Assembly: GCA_964512105.1 (NCBI GenBank)
Contig: CAZEGI010000004.1
Coordinates: 5,692 to 60,252 of the forward strand
DNA length: 54,561 bases
Source of the DNA: an uncultured archaeon
GTDB taxonomy: Archaea; Altiarchaeota; Altiarchaeia; IMC4; CAZEGI01
Direction: 5' to 3'
In this document: positions 34,929 to 44,045 of the stretch, piece by piece
Layout: each line of letters starts with the position of its first letter
Position numbering within the stretch: position 1 is the first letter of the stretch
Program-made: the position numbers and the translations under genes
Notes under the pieces: model-generated
Seen by the model: the letters and a program-made list of their open reading frames with translations, nothing else
Database searches by the model: none
What the model was told of the DNA's origin: nothing

Positions 34929-37900
34929 TTATTTCTTACCTATTGCTCCTGGTCTTATCGCGAGTTTCACGGTTCCTGTCCCGACCGGAACCGGCTGCCC
35001 CACGATTATGTTTTCCGCAACGCTCGCAAGTTTCTCCTGCTCGCCGTACAGCGCCGCGTTGAGTATGTGTTTTTCCGTTTCCTCGAACGCCGCCCTCGCA
35101 AGTACTGAACCTTTACTTCCAGATATGCCCTGCCTTCCAACCGCCTGCAGGTCTCCGGTGACGGTCATCCTGTCGGCCACGAGCATTATGTGCCTGACAT
35201 CAACCTCGAGATGCTGGTCCTCCAGAACGTTCATCGCCTCACGTATTATTGCGTTCCTCGCGGCCTCCACGCCCAGCGTTTCGCGGATTTGCGAGATGTC
35301 GTTCGTTGTCGTTCTGTATTTGTCCACGCCTTTCAGACCAAATACGGCTTTTAGGTTTGAACCTTCCGTGTATATCACGTATTCCTCGCCCTGGCGCCTC
35401 ACGAAGGCCCTCTTGACGTCCTTGATGCCTGCGACGCGCTTTCTTTCGAGTTTGCTCAGGACCTTTTTCAGCTCGAGCAGGGATTTTTTCTTTATGACGA
35501 ACTTCTGGCCCCTCTTTTCTGCCTTGAACTTTTCAAGGATTTTTATAGCCTCCTCGTTTTCCGTTTTTACGATGATCTCCTTGTTGGACATGTCCACCTC
35601 GATATCCGAAACGTCCTTCAGGAAAACTTCGTTAAACTGGTTTGCCACTTCGGTTGCCTTTTCCTTGGTTGACCTATGGTTCTCGTCAAGGTAAACAACC
35701 ATCATCGAATTCTTTGGCGAACGTTTTGCGTCTATTATCTCGATTAGTCTCGGCAGGCCCATGGGCACGCTGAGTTCTGCAACGCCCGCGTAGTGGAACG
35801 TTCTGAGCGTCATCTGCGTTCCGGGTTCGCCGATGCTCTGCGCCGCTACCGTACCGACCGCCTCGCCGGGGTCGACAAGCGCACCCTCCTCGTCCGTTGT
35901 TTGATAGTTCTTCTTCATCGGGTCAACGCCGTCTTCACCATACTTGAACTGAATGACTAAACCGCCATCGCCCCTCACGCTACAATCGTTGTACACCACG
36001 AGGTCCTGAAGCGCGTTTATAAGCCTGCGTTGCATGTAACCGCTTCTTCCAGTTCTTATCGCTGTGTCAACCAAACTTTCCCTTCCGCCCATGGAGTGGA
36101 AGAAGTATTCCGATGGTTTTAAACCCTTCTTGAAACTTGATTTAACAAAGCCGTTCGCTTCCGCGCTGACATCGTGTTTCTTGAAGCAGGACAGCGTGCG
36201 ATACTGATAACCACGCTGGACCCTCTGTCCACGAACAGCCTGTTGCCCTACAGTTCCCGCTATCTGCGTAAGGTTGAGCATGCTTCCGCGCGCTCCGGTT
36301 CTCGCCATTACCACCGAGCTGTTTTCACCAACATCGGTCGCTGCTATCCTACCCGCGGCTGTTCTTGACCGCCCGAGCTCCGCCATTACATGGTCCTCGA
36401 GCGATTCGTCAATGGATTTTCCGGGGATTATTTTAAGGTCACCGCTGGCGCGCATCTTTATGAGTTCGTTAATCCTCGATTCCGTTTCTTTCAGCAGTTT
36501 CTTTATCTCCTCCTCGGCCTTTGCGGACAAGTCGCCTTCGTCTATCCCGACGCTAAAGCCGTATCGCATTATCGTCCTTATGCCGAGTATCGTTGACTTG
36601 TCGATGAAATCGCGGGCAGCGTCCGGCCCGTATCTCGTGAATATCTCGTTGAGCAGTGTTCCGGACAATCCCTCAGAATCGATTATGCCCGAAATGAGTT
36701 TTCCGTCTTTTATAACGACGTAGGAATCGTACTGGCACTTCTCTTTTTTGCATTCGGGACACTTTCTGCAAAGCTTTGCCTTGTACACGAGGTTGAGGTC
36801 CTTCGGCAACAGAAGTTGGAATATCTCCTTGCCTGTGAATTTCTCGCCCTTCGGTAATTTCACCACACCCCCTACCACCTTTAAAGCCTCGTCGCGCTTT
36901 AGCACGGTATCGTCTTTTGTGAGGTAATATGTCCCAGTAACATGGTCGTGCCTGCCGCCGACAATCGGTTTTCCGAATCTCGGTGAGATTATGTTCCTAC
37001 GAACCTTCATCAGTATTTCGGCTTCTGCAAGCGCTTCCTCGGACTGTGGAACATGAAGGTTCATCTCATCGCCGTCGAAGTCCGCGTTGTAAGGGGCGCA
37101 GACCGCGGTGTTTATGCGGAACGTGTTGCCCGGCAGAATCCTGACCGCATGGCACATCATCGAGATTCTGTGAAGCGAAGGCTGCCTGTTGAAGATGACA
37201 AGGTCGCCATCGCGAAGGTGTCTTTCAACGACATCCCCGACCACTAAGCTTTTTGCAATCTCCTCCTTGGTTTCGTCAAGGATACGTTTCCTGAATCCTG
37301 CACTTATGACATTTCTCGCACCGGGATGTTTGTGCGGCCCGTTCAGGATTGTTTCCCTGAGCGTTTTTATGTTGTCTTCATTGACCTCCTCCGGAACCGT
37401 CAGCTCGACAGCAACCGCCACGGGAATTCCCACTTCATCTATGCTTATGTTCGGATCGGGCCCTACAACTGTCCTTGCAGAAAAGTTGACCCTCTTTCCG
37501 GAAAGGTTGTTTCTGAACCTTCCTTCCTTGCCCTTCAGTCTCTGCGCGATGGTTTTTAACGGCCTTCCGGAGCGGTGCCTTGCAGGCGGAACACCGGTAA
37601 TCGCATTGTCAAAGTAGGTTGCAACGTGATACTGAAGCAGATCCCAGAGGTCTTCGATGATGAGTTGCGGCGCCCCGGAGTTTATGTTTTCCTCGAGGCG
37701 CTGGTTTATTCGCAGTATGTCCACAAGTTTGTGCGTCAAATCGTCCTCGCTCCGGTCCGCGGATTCAAGGGTTATTGACGGCCGCGTGGTTATCGGCAGG
37801 ACAGGAATTGATTCGAGAATGAGCCATTCGGGTCGTATTTTAAAGTTCAGAAGTTCGAGGTCTGCATCGGTTATTTTTTCAAACCTTTCCTTTATGTCCG

Positions 37901-38408
37901 TAACCAGGATGTTGTTCTCGCCCTCGTAGTACGAATACGGCCTGACAAATTTTACCTTGACCTGCTTTTCGCCGCAGTGCGGACACTTTTGATTGTTGTT
38001 CGAAACCTTTATGGCCCTGTTCCATATCAGCTCGACCACGTCCTCTGTGCGCTCGAGTTTTTTGTATTTTTCAATGTCATCGGGTTTCAACAGTATTCTG
38101 CTGCATGCCCTGCATGTCCCCCGTATGAGGTTGAATATCTCGCGCGCGTATCCCACATGGATGACCGGGCGCGTCAGTTGTATATGGCCGAAGTGGCCGT
38201 AGCACTCGCCCAATCTTCCGCCGCATGTCTTGCACCTTATCCCCGGGTCGATAACGCCCAGCCGCGGATCCATCAACCCGCCGTCGATAGGGTAACCATC
38301 ATCATCGTAGGTGTTCGGGTCGTGTATTTTCGCAACCGAAAGTTTCTGCACCATTCGCGGCGAAAAAATCCCGAACTCCATATGGTCGATTTTCTTTTGT
38401 ACTATCAT
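34929..38408 (-). CDS. rpoA: DNA-directed RNA polymerase subunit A, unsplit (A' and A'' parts in one ORF)
   Basis: N-terminus has the A' zinc motif (CKTCGGRLGECYGHFGH) and NADFDGDEMN. C-terminal third has the A'' region PGEAVGTVAAQSIGEPGTQMTLRTFHYAGV and ends VGQPVPVGTG. The frame is continuous across ...KYGEDGVDPMKKNYQTTDEEGALVDPGEAVG... Start set to ATG 38408 (MIVQKK) rather than GTG 38429. Confidence 0.93.
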   Translation of the reverse strand: MIVQKKIDHMEFGIFSPRMVQKLSVAKIHDPNTYDDDGYPIDGGLMDPRLGVIDPGIRCKTCGGRLGECYGHFGHIQLTRPVIHVGYAREIFNLIRGTCRACSRILLKPDDIEKYKKLERTEDVVELIWNRAIKVSNNNQKCPHCGEKQVKVKFVRPYSYYEGENNILVTDIKERFEKITDADLELLNFKIRPEWLILESIPVLPITTRPSITLESADRSEDDLTHKLVDILRINQRLEENINSGAPQLIIEDLWDLLQYHVATYFDNAITGVPPARHRSGRPLKTIAQRLKGKEGRFRNNLSGKRVNFSARTVVGPDPNISIDEVGIPVAVAVELTVPEEVNEDNIKTLRETILNGPHKHPGARNVISAGFRKRILDETKEEIAKSLVVGDVVERHLRDGDLVIFNRQPSLHRISMMCHAVRILPGNTFRINTAVCAPYNADFDGDEMNLHVPQSEEALAEAEILMKVRRNIISPRFGKPIVGGRHDHVTGTYYLTKDDTVLKRDEALKVVGGVVKLPKGEKFTGKEIFQLLLPKDLNLVYKAKLCRKCPECKKEKCQYDSYVVIKDGKLISGIIDSEGLSGTLLNEIFTRYGPDAARDFIDKSTILGIRTIMRYGFSVGIDEGDLSAKAEEEIKKLLKETESRINELIKMRASGDLKIIPGKSIDESLEDHVMAELGRSRTAAGRIAATDVGENSSVVMARTGARGSMLNLTQIAGTVGQQAVRGQRVQRGYQYRTLSCFKKHDVSAEANGFVKSSFKKGLKPSEYFFHSMGGRESLVDTAIRTGRSGYMQRRLINALQDLVVYNDCSVRGDGGLVIQFKYGEDGVDPMKKNYQTTDEEGALVDPGEAVGTVAAQSIGEPGTQMTLRTFHYAGVAELSVPMGLPRLIEIIDAKRSPKNSMMVVYLDENHRSTKEKATEVANQFNEVFLKDVSDIEVDMSNKEIIVKTENEEAIKILEKFKAEKRGQKFVIKKKSLLELKKVLSKLERKRVAGIKDVKRAFVRRQGEEYVIYTEGSNLKAVFGLKGVDKYRTTTNDISQIRETLGVEAARNAIIREAMNVLEDQHLEVDVRHIMLVADRMTVTGDLQAVGRQGISGSKGSVLARAAFEETEKHILNAALYGEQEKLASVAENIIVGQPVPVGTGTVKLAIRPGAIGKK

Positions 38409-38424
38409 TTTTACTTTAAACCTT
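38397..38424. repeat. direct repeat copy A of the rpoB'-stop/rpoA-start junction
   Basis: ttgtactatcatttttactttaaacctt is identical to 38678-38705. It extends to 31/33 through 38429 vs 38710. Confidence 0.9.
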
Positions 38425-38677
38425 GTCACCGGGCCCTCATCGGCCCATTGTGTTTTATTTTTTCAAGACCATCGAGCGAAGCGAAGATGAGCAAGAGGCT
38501 TTGCCTCTTGTCTCAGACAAGACCATAGGTCTTGCTGATGGTCTCTGTTTTGGTCAGCGCAAAACTGCTTTGCAGTTTTGGCTCCGAACGAAGCGTAGCT
38601 TCGTTGGACACAAAATCTTCGATTTTGCTGTCCCAAAAGTGCTTAGCACTTTTGCGTAACCTTTTGTTAAAAGGTTG
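38425..38677. other. structured intergenic insert: array of eight perfect stem-loops
   Basis: - H1: 38431-38446, GGGCC/GGCCC.
- H2: 38492-38510, CAAGAGGC ttt GCCTCTTG.
- H3: 38518-38534, CAAGACC ata GGTCTTG.
- H4: 38560-38580, CAAAACTGC ttt GCAGTTTTG.
- H5: 38587-38605, AACGAAGC gta GCTTCGTT.
- H6: 38611-38627, CAAAATC ttc GATTTTG.
- H7: 38634-38654, CAAAAGTGC tta GCACTTTTG.
- H8: 38658-38676, AACCTTTT gtt AAAAGGTT.
All were checked base by base. Confidence 0.85.
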
Positions 38678-38705
38678 TTGTACTATCATTTTTACTTTAA
38701 ACCTT
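38678..38705. repeat. direct repeat copy B of the rpoB'-stop/rpoA-start junction (contains the real rpoB' stop)
   Basis: Identical 28-mer, offset 281 nt from copy A. Confidence 0.9.
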
Positions 38706-40502
38706 ATCGCTCAACCTCAATTTTGGGTAGATACACATACCCATGAGCTCGTTCAAGAGCAGTTTGAAGGCGTATGCGATTTCAACGTTGTGCGTCGGCA
38801 CTTCGCCGCATATCGGGCATCTAACAGTTCTCTGCTCGTAATCCCTGAGCGCGATTAAACCGCATTTCGAGCAGACAGGAACCATAACGCGGTCCGATTC
38901 GTCAAGCAAGCGGTCCTTGAGCATCATTGCTGCCCCGTGCCCGATAAGACAGTCGCGCTCCATTTCTCCGAATCTCAAACCGCCCTCGCGTGCACGGCCC
39001 TCGGTCGGCTGTCTCGTCAGCATCTGCACGGGACCGCGGGACCTTGCATGAAGTTTGTTCGCGACCATGTGGTGCAGCTTCTGGTAGTATATAACACCGA
39101 TGAAAATCTCGGCCTCAAAACGCTCGCCTGTTGAGCCGTCGTACATAACCTCCTTGCCGCTGTCACTGAAACCGGTCTTCTTTAGCGATTTCCGGAGTTC
39201 GTCTTCGGATTCATTGTCGAATGCAGTTCCGTTCACGAATCTTCCTTCTAATGATGCAACCTTTCCGCCTATCATCTCAAGGACATGGCCAATGGTCATT
39301 CTCGATGGTATTGCGTGCGGGTTTATTATGAGGTCCGGAACAACGCCGTCCTTTGTGAATGGCATGTCCTCCTGTGGGACTATCAGGCCGACAACGCCCT
39401 TCTGTCCGTGCCTTGACGCGAACTTGTCCCCGAGTTCGGGAACGCGCTGGCTTCGCACCCTTACCTTCGCGAGTTTGTGTCCCTCGGTCGTTTCGGTAAG
39501 GAGCACGCAATCTACCGTGCCAGATTCCATCTGTCTCACTGTCGTTGACGTTTCCCTCCTGCGCTCCTCGACAATACCGTAAGGCCCGATTTCCTCGAGG
39601 AATCGCGGTGGTGATGTTTTCCCTATGAGGACTTCACCCACATCAACGTCTGCCTCGGGAATTATCAGACCGTCGGCATCCAGCTTTGCATAGGTCTCCT
39701 CGGATTGTGTGCCATCAACCTTTCCGAGCGGTATCTCAAAGAGGTCGCGCTGTCCCGAAGGATAAGTTCGTTCTTCGGTGACATATGTTCGATAGAATGT
39801 CGAACGCCCGAGACCGCGCTCAACAGCGCTCTTGTTCAGGATTACCGCATCCTCCATGTTGTAACCGGCATATGACATGACAGCAACAACGAAATTCTGA
39901 CCCGCAGGTCTTTTTTCGTAGTTCAGAACCTGGGTTATGTCCGTCTGAACCAACGGCATCTGAGGAGTATGAAGCACATTCGACCTGCTGTCAAGCCGTG
40001 AGTAGTAATTTGACGAGTATATCCCCAGACTCTGCTTCGCCATAGCGGCAGCCATCGTTACTCTTGGGGATGAGTTGAATTCAGGGTAAGGCGCAAAGCC
40101 GGCGCTTAACCCCAGAATCATGGATGGAACGAGCTCGAGATGCGTGTGCTCCTTTGTGAGTTCGTCCCTGGTTACCGCGATGTACGCGTTCTCCTCTTCT
40201 TCGGCATCCACATATTCAACCACACCTTCGTTTATCAAGTCCTGCAGTGCTATCCTTCCGTTCTTCAGCTGCTCTTCGTGTCTTAAGGTGAGTTTCGGTT
40301 TTCCGTCCTCGACAACTATCAACGGTCTTAAAACCCTGCCCCTGTCGGTGTATATCTGAACCTCATTGTTTTCCTCGCGGTAGCTTATAGATGCGGTGCG
40401 CGGCAGCTTGCCTTCTCTTCTCAGGTTTCTCAACCTTTCTGCAAGTCCCTCTGGTCGCGAATGTTCCCCCATCAGCCTGCCGTTAAGATAAACGCTTGCC
40501 AT
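38697..40502 (-). CDS. rpoB1: DNA-directed RNA polymerase subunit B' (C-terminal part of split RpoB)
   Basis: 601 aa. [29 protein letters not shown] and a C-terminal zinc motif CSKCG...CPICG. Confidence 0.96.
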   Translation of the reverse strand: MASVYLNGRLMGEHSRPEGLAERLRNLRREGKLPRTASISYREENNEVQIYTDRGRVLRPLIVVEDGKPKLTLRHEEQLKNGRIALQDLINEGVVEYVDAEEEENAYIAVTRDELTKEHTHLELVPSMILGLSAGFAPYPEFNSSPRVTMAAAMAKQSLGIYSSNYYSRLDSRSNVLHTPQMPLVQTDITQVLNYEKRPAGQNFVVAVMSYAGYNMEDAVILNKSAVERGLGRSTFYRTYVTEERTYPSGQRDLFEIPLGKVDGTQSEETYAKLDADGLIIPEADVDVGEVLIGKTSPPRFLEEIGPYGIVEERRRETSTTVRQMESGTVDCVLLTETTEGHKLAKVRVRSQRVPELGDKFASRHGQKGVVGLIVPQEDMPFTKDGVVPDLIINPHAIPSRMTIGHVLEMIGGKVASLEGRFVNGTAFDNESEDELRKSLKKTGFSDSGKEVMYDGSTGERFEAEIFIGVIYYQKLHHMVANKLHARSRGPVQMLTRQPTEGRAREGGLRFGEMERDCLIGHGAAMMLKDRLLDESDRVMVPVCSKCGLIALRDYEQRTVRCPICGEVPTHNVEIAYAFKLLLNELMGMCIYPKLRLSDKV

Positions 40503-41998
40503 TATTGAACCCCAAACTTATTCAGATACTCCTCGATGTTGCCCTCATCTTCCTCCGTTGATATGAACGCCCCAACCGCAAGATTCTTCACGAGACCGCA
40601 GTTCTGCCCCTCCGGGGTTTCGTTCGGGCATATCCTCCCCCACTGCGTCGGGTGTAAATCCCTCGCTTCAAAGTGTGGGTGGCTCCTGCTCAGGAGTGAT
40701 GAAACACGCCGCCTGTGCGCGATATCCGAAAGATGATTGGTCCTGTCGAGAACCTGGCTCACGCCGCTTCTTCCGCCTGTCCAGTTCCCTGTTGCAAGTG
40801 CGTAATCAATGCTCTCGCTGAGATTGTTGCTCCTTACAGCGGTTCTTATGTTTGGAGACCTTCTTCTTGCGTGCTGCTTCTCGAGCTGGTACTTGATGTC
40901 ACGGGCGATTTTGTTGAAGCTCACCCTGAACAGTTCCTGCATCAAATCGCCTGCCAGACGCAATCTCTTGTTCGAGTAGTGGTCTTTATCATCAACCTCC
41001 CTCGAACCGGAATCAAGCTCAAGAACTTTCTTTGCCATTATGCCGAGGTAGATTGCTTTTTTCTTTCTGTCTGCCTCGGTGTTGCCTATGTGCGGTAGCA
41101 GGAAGTTGTTGACAACCTGGTTCGCTCTCGTAACCTGATACTGCTTCGCATGCCCAGCACCCGCAATCTTCCCGAGGTAATCGAACGCATCGTCGTTCGA
41201 CATGTTCCTGAGTTCGAGGTTGAGCAAAACTTCCAGCCTCGTCTTGTCATCGAACAGCGAGAGTATTTCCCTGTCGCTAAGACCAAGGGCTTTCATCAGT
41301 ATTGTGAGAGAAATCCTGCGCGGGATTCCCGGAAACGCGACGAAGAGCGTTCCGCTTGCAGACTCGCGCTTTTCCACTGTTATGCGGGACCTGAATCCCT
41401 GTCTCACGGAAAAAACCTTCGCTATTATGACGTCCTTCCCCGTAACGACCTCCTTTGTCGTTACGATTCTGTTGGGCGCAAGGTCCTCAACGATTATAAG
41501 CGAGCGCTCCGTGCCGTTTATTATGAAATATCCGCCCGGGTCTTCAAGGTCCTCGCCGGCATCCACCAATTTCTTTTTGTCCAGACCGTTGAGCCTGCAT
41601 ATCTTGGATTTTAGCATTATCGGCAGGTAGCCGATTTCCACGAGGGTTTTTTTGCCGTTTTCCACGAACTCGAGAACGATGGGTGCAGCGTAGGTGAGGT
41701 TCCTCAGCCTGCACTCGAACGGATACGTGTGCAGAAACTGCCTTATGTTTTCCTGCGTCTGTGGAGTCAACTCCTTAAAATCTGTTGAGAAAAACTGCTT
41801 GAGGTCCTTTTCATCCTTTACGTACTTCGGAAGTCCGACCCATATCTCGCCCATGTCCAAGGAGTAATCATCAATCTCGACGTCTATGGTGCCCTTCTCA
41901 TCTATTACCTCTTGAAGACCTTTGTCTATCAGCCTGTTAAAAGAATCGATCTGAAATTGTGTCAGATCGTCCTTTTTCATGAAATCGTATAGATGCAT
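40502..41998 (-). CDS. rpoB2: DNA-directed RNA polymerase subunit B'' (N-terminal part of split RpoB)
   Basis: About 498 aa ending ...[11 protein letters not shown]...KFGVQ. TAATG overlap with rpoB'. I prefer ATG 41998 (MHLYDF), just after the rpoH stop, over the track's TTG 42016. Confidence 0.94.
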   Translation of the reverse strand: MHLYDFMKKDDLTQFQIDSFNRLIDKGLQEVIDEKGTIDVEIDDYSLDMGEIWVGLPKYVKDEKDLKQFFSTDFKELTPQTQENIRQFLHTYPFECRLRNLTYAAPIVLEFVENGKKTLVEIGYLPIMLKSKICRLNGLDKKKLVDAGEDLEDPGGYFIINGTERSLIIVEDLAPNRIVTTKEVVTGKDVIIAKVFSVRQGFRSRITVEKRESASGTLFVAFPGIPRRISLTILMKALGLSDREILSLFDDKTRLEVLLNLELRNMSNDDAFDYLGKIAGAGHAKQYQVTRANQVVNNFLLPHIGNTEADRKKKAIYLGIMAKKVLELDSGSREVDDKDHYSNKRLRLAGDLMQELFRVSFNKIARDIKYQLEKQHARRRSPNIRTAVRSNNLSESIDYALATGNWTGGRSGVSQVLDRTNHLSDIAHRRRVSSLLSRSHPHFEARDLHPTQWGRICPNETPEGQNCGLVKNLAVGAFISTEEDEGNIEEYLNKFGVQ

Positions 41999-41999
41999 C

Positions 42000-42224
42000 C
42001 TAACCTTCGATAACAACGCGGTGATAGTATGACTTACCGGCGGTAGAACTTTCGCGCGTTATCCGTATGACGTCGCCAATCGAGAAGTTCAGCCCTTTCA
42101 ATCCGGGGTCGGTGAACCTTATCTTGGGCAGTTCGTTTTTGGTAACGTTGAATTGCTTTAGCACTTCCGCAGCGCTCTTTTCGTCAAGTACCTCGTGTTT
42201 CGGAACCAATATGTTTTCGCTCAA
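42000..42224 (-). CDS. rpoH: DNA-directed RNA polymerase subunit H (Rpb5 homologue)
   Basis: LVPKHEVLDEKSAAEVLKQFNV...LPKI...DP and YHRVV match RpoH. TTG start. Confidence 0.9.
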   Translation of the reverse strand: MSENILVPKHEVLDEKSAAEVLKQFNVTKNELPKIRFTDPGLKGLNFSIGDVIRITRESSTAGKSYYHRVVIEG

Positions 42225-42313
42225 TTTAACCCCAAGAAAAAGTGTGTAAACAAGAAATTATGTAAGATGAGTATAAAAAGGTTACTATTCTGGGTTTTTC
42301 CGGGTTTTCGGGC

Positions 42314-43204
42314 CTAACCGCTGTAAATCTCCCGTATAACGTCCGTGGTTGTGACGATGCCCAAAAGTTTTCCATCATCAACCACGGGGAATCCGCCCAG
42401 GTTTGTTTTCTTCACAAGCGTTGAAACGGCGGACAAATCCTGCTCCGGGTTCATCGTTATTATCTCGGTTTCCATTATCTCGTTCACCCGCGTGCTGAGG
42501 TTTTCCTCCGCATTTACTCCCTTGAAGTTGCCTTTCTCCAGAAAGCCGAGAACATCAAAGACCGTAACGATGCCCGTCAGTCTGTCTTCCTGTATCACCG
42601 GCAGTCTCCTCAGCCGGTTTCTCACCATTATCTTTGAAACGTCTGACAGCATCATGCCCGCGCTTGAGGTTATGCACTTTTTCTGCATGGCATCCTTGAC
42701 CTTTATCCCGAAGTTCGTGGCGCTCGGCAGAATGTCCCGCTCCGTCACTATGGCCACCACCTCTCTGCTTTTCCCGTCCTTCACCACCGGAATGGCCGAG
42801 GTGTGTTTTTTCAGGATTATGTCCACGACCTCATCCACCTGCGCCCCGCTGTCCACGAACTGCGCATCCGCCATTATCTTGCCTATCGGGCAGTTTATTG
42901 CGGCAAGAAAATTCCCCTTGTAATCCTTTTCTATGATGTTGTACTTCTCCCCGCCGCCAAGAAAATCCAGAATGTCAATAGCGACAGCAAGGCCCTCAAG
43001 CCTGTTCGTGCCCGCATCCACGACGGGAATCCTCCTGAAGTCGTTTTTTCGCATAATCTGGGCAACGTTCCGGATGGTGTTCGCACGATGCGTAGTGACA
43101 ACATTTTTTTCGGCGATAGCCATCACATCCCCTTCGTGCTTCGCCTTCCTGCTGCTGAATTTTTTAGAACCAAGATCCCTCGGAGCGCGTTTGCGGTAAA
43201 CCAT
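42314..43204 (-). CDS. CBS-domain protein (four CBS repeats)
   Basis: Repeated CBS motifs (RRIPVVD, IPVVKDG, RRLPVIQ, GGFPVVDDG). Start set to ATG 43204, 5 nt after the upstream stop. Confidence 0.85.
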   Translation of the reverse strand: MVYRKRAPRDLGSKKFSSRKAKHEGDVMAIAEKNVVTTHRANTIRNVAQIMRKNDFRRIPVVDAGTNRLEGLAVAIDILDFLGGGEKYNIIEKDYKGNFLAAINCPIGKIMADAQFVDSGAQVDEVVDIILKKHTSAIPVVKDGKSREVVAIVTERDILPSATNFGIKVKDAMQKKCITSSAGMMLSDVSKIMVRNRLRRLPVIQEDRLTGIVTVFDVLGFLEKGNFKGVNAEENLSTRVNEIMETEIITMNPEQDLSAVSTLVKKTNLGGFPVVDDGKLLGIVTTTDVIREIYSG

Positions 43205-43209
43205 CTCCC

Positions 43210-43971
43210 TCACTTCCTGTGGACAATCCTGCACAATTTCCTTGTTATATCCACCCTGTTCTTTGCCTGGAACACGTTCCTTCCTATGGATATTCCTGCA
43301 GCGCCGCAATCCATGGCGTCCTTGACCATCTTTAGCAGGGCTTCCTCGCTGTCAATCTTCGGGCCGCCTGCAATAACCACAGGAGCATGACATCCGTCTA
43401 TAACCTCCTTGAAGCTCTTCTTATCTCCGGTATAAACGGTCTTTATTATGTCCGCCCCCAGTTCTGCACCAAGTCTCGCAATGTGCTTTACGTACTTCGG
43501 ATCGTGCTCGTTCTTTATGTCCTTTCCCCTCGGGTACATCATCGCCAGAAGCGGCATGGCGTACTCGTCGCATTTCTTCGAGATGAAACCCAAATCGTTA
43601 AGCATCTGGCTCTCGTTTTCAGCCCCGATGTTTATGTGCACCGAAACCGCATCCGCTCCAAGCCGTACCGCTTCCTTTACCGTGCAAACCAGAACCTTGT
43701 TGTTCGGGTCAGGCCCGAGCGATGTTCCGGCACTCAGATGAATGATCAGCCCGATGTCCTTTCCGTAACCCCTGTGGCCGTAGCGCACCATCCCCTTGTG
43801 CATCAAAACCGCATCCGCTCCGCCTTCTGCAACGTCGTTTATTGTCTTTGTAAGGTCCACTAAACCGGCTATAGGGCCGACGCTAACTCCATGGTCCATG
43901 GGCACAATAACCGTTTTCCCCGACTCCCGATTCATTATACGCTCGATGCGTATTTTCTTACCAATCAACAT
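43210..43971 (-). CDS. class I aldolase of the DhnA/LsrF family (ADH synthase AroA' or fructose-bisphosphate aldolase)
   Basis: [36 protein letters not shown] (Schiff-base Lys region) and [10 protein letters not shown]. The specific activity cannot be decided from sequence alone. Confidence 0.8.
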   Translation of the reverse strand: MLIGKKIRIERIMNRESGKTVIVPMDHGVSVGPIAGLVDLTKTINDVAEGGADAVLMHKGMVRYGHRGYGKDIGLIIHLSAGTSLGPDPNNKVLVCTVKEAVRLGADAVSVHINIGAENESQMLNDLGFISKKCDEYAMPLLAMMYPRGKDIKNEHDPKYVKHIARLGAELGADIIKTVYTGDKKSFKEVIDGCHAPVVIAGGPKIDSEEALLKMVKDAMDCGAAGISIGRNVFQAKNRVDITRKLCRIVHRK

Positions 43972-44045
43972 TTTCCCACCATGAGGCTATAGACCTCATC
44001 TAAGGTAAAATTAATGGTTTTTCTTGTTAAAAAACCACCAAATCT

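Noticed and set aside
34744-35694. 316-aa plus-strand ORF. Similar long antisense ORFs exist elsewhere (11746..12351, 25129..25707, 42345..43390, 44149..44898).
   Set aside because: Each overlaps a strongly conserved gene on the other strand (rpoA, atpI, amrS/cca, the CBS protein, folE2). None has a recognisable motif. Long antisense ORFs are expected in such genes.
38423-38858. Plus-strand ORFs 38423..38659 and 38532..38858 inside the hairpin array.
   Set aside because: Stacked perfect palindromes generate open frames on both strands. There is no start context, and one ORF runs antisense into rpoB'. The minus-strand 58-codon ORF is treated only as a by-product of the duplicated rpoA start.
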